Source of the DNA: Phaeosaccion multiseriatum
Lineage: Eukaryota; Protista; Ochrophyta, other classes
Length of the DNA: 64,000 bases
NCBI GenBank assembly: GCA_965112735.1
Contig: OZ218963.1
Span: 1,116,001-1,180,000, forward strand
Direction: 5' to 3'
Made by a program: the position numbers and the translations under genes. Below the pieces are notes generated by a model, which did no database searches, was not told where the DNA came from, and was given only the letters and a program-made list of their open reading frames with translations. This document shows positions 62,155 through 64,000 of this stretch, one piece after another (positions within the stretch are counted from its first letter, which is position 1; every line of letters starts with the position of its first letter).

Positions 62155-63246
62155 ATGTCAGAACGGCGGGGCCGCATCGAGTATGGAAAGTGCCCCTTCT
62201 GTACGGAAAGCTATCCTGTTGGGCGCACGCTCACGGAGCACGTCGAGAAGGCCCACAAAAAGTTGTTGGCGGGGGGGTCGGGCAGCACTCTCTCATCAGC
62301 AAAAGATGGGCCCAAAAAGGATGGCCGACGTACCCCAGGGAGGTACGCAGGACGAGCAGCGAGACAGGAGCCTGTAGCGGAACATGGGAATGTGTCAGCA
62401 GGTGCTTCTTCTGGATTGCGAGAGGGGAGGGAGTCTAAGCCCCTCTCCTCAAGTAGCAGGGGTGGGAGAGGGGATCACGCATCGAGAAAGGGACAAGAAC
62501 GGGCAGCACGAGGCCGCACTTCTCTTGGGTCAAAGGCAGCTGGGAGAAGCGCAAAGAGTGGTGGCCCGGAAAATGCCAACACCAGTACCGACAAGAAGGC
62601 CTTTTCGCAACCAAGTGGTGTCTTGGGGGGCAGGCGCAAAAGTCTTTCATCGTCTTCTGCCGCCGTGCCCCACTCTCCTGAGCCAAGAGGCAGATGCAGC
62701 CGCAGTAGCAGCACCACCAGCGCGAGCAGCAGCAGCAGCAGCAGCAACAGACATGCGACAAAGAGAGCCCTCTCCAATCTCGACCGTCCCGCGGATCACA
62801 ACATGGTATGTACCGGGGAGGGCGGGGGCGATCAAAAGCGGCGACTCCCGCGGGATAACAAGGGAGGAGACGCAGCAGTACCAGCAGCAGAAGGAGAGGG
62901 AGCGGGAGCAGGGAAAACTAAGAAAAAAGCCGCCGCCAAGAAGGGGGAAAGCGCGGCTGAGAAGCTCAAGGTCAAGCTCCAGCACAATTTGCTGTATAAG
63001 TTGTCTCCTAAGACTGCACGTGGTGGTGGTAGAGGCGATGAAGGAGAAGACAGTGATGAGAATAACGAGCATCTTCAACCAAAGGGGGGGTACTACAACG
63101 GGGGGGGGGGGTTGCGAAAGAAGAAGAGTGACGACGGAACAGGAGCAGCGGCGGCGACAGAGAGGCTTCACACTCGGGCTGCTGTTGCCCCTCTGACCCC
63201 GCCAGTCAGAAAGAAGCGAGGCCGTCCGAGCAAGGCAGACATTGCT

Positions 63247-63277
<31 letters not shown>

Positions 63278-63396
63278 AGAGTGACGGAACAGGAGCAGCG
63301 GCGACAGAGAGGCTTCACACTCGGGCTGCTGTTGCCCCTCTGACCCCGCCAGTCAGAAAGAAGCGAGGCCGTCCGAGCAAGGCAGATATTGCTGCT

Positions 63397-63436
<40 letters not shown>

Positions 63437-64000
63437 AGAGTGACGGAACAGGAGCAGCGGCAACAGAGAGGCTTCACACTCGGGCTGCTGTTGCCCCTCT
63501 GACCCCGCCAGTCAGAAAGAAGCGAGGCCGTCCGAGCAAGGCAGATATTACTGTTGCTGCTGCTGTTGCTGCTGCTGCTCCTGCTGCTGCAGCTCTTGCT
63601 GCGAGGGGTGACAAGTCAGAGGGAGCACAGGGAGTGTTCAATGCTTTGCTCATCGCTGCTACTAGGGTGGCAGAGTGTGCCGAGGACATGACTGGGGATA
63701 GCAGCGATCAGGCCTTGTCTTCTTCCGCGCACTTGAATAGTAGAGTTGGAGGGACGAGGAAGCCTTGTGCTGGTCGTCCCGCCAGATTCGCAGACGGGGC
63801 GGAGGAGGACGACAACTCTGGTGTGGACATCGGAGGGTTTGAAGGGCAGGAGGGGGATATCCATCGCGGCTTTACGTCCTCGTCTCGGGGGTCACCAAGA
63901 GTCTCGGGCGCGAAGGGAAAGGAAACAGCCAAGCGGGGGCGTGGGCGAGCAGATGCGGCGGCAGCAGGAGCAGGCGTAGCAACAGCAGTACTAGGCGAGG
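62155..64000 (+). CDS. Zinc finger + triple AT-hook protein (3' partial, runs off window)
   Basis: Frame read by hand and open from ATG 62155 to the window end. Begins MSERRGRIEYGKCPFCTESYPVGRTLTEHVEKAH and contains three PPVRKKRGRPSKA motifs. Confidence 0.75.

Overview
Eukaryotic nuclear DNA: GC-rich, intron-rich and dense in microsatellites. Plastid-protein genes with signal-peptide + F-motif leaders (ALB3, Tic22, an LPA1/DUF3493-like gene) suggest an alga with a complex red-derived plastid, most likely an ochrophyte stramenopile (inference). Genes were reconstructed by hand across introns. They are an Rpp21/Rpr2-like RNase P/MRP subunit (partial), TFIIIA, LPA1-like, TBCC, Ku70, an SGNH hydrolase, ALB3, Tic22, a calcineurin-B-like EF-hand protein, an intracellular LRR protein, a TLC-domain protein, CHTOP/FoP-like, a plant-type GT2-like glycosyltransferase, an F-box-like protein, eIF4G, and a zinc finger + 3 AT-hook ORF that runs off the right edge and is absent from the ORF track. 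Most genes sit in tight head-to-head pairs. The most notable non-routine signals are: (1) a family of short TIR elements sharing a TCGRCCCC(T/A) terminus, each carrying its own iterated subterminal motif; (2) a nested MITE-in-foldback-MITE; (3) three PAM2-like motifs in eIF4G; (4) intronic tandem repeats that begin exactly at splice donors. No rRNA, tRNA or CRISPR could be supported. Exon boundaries are manual and approximate.
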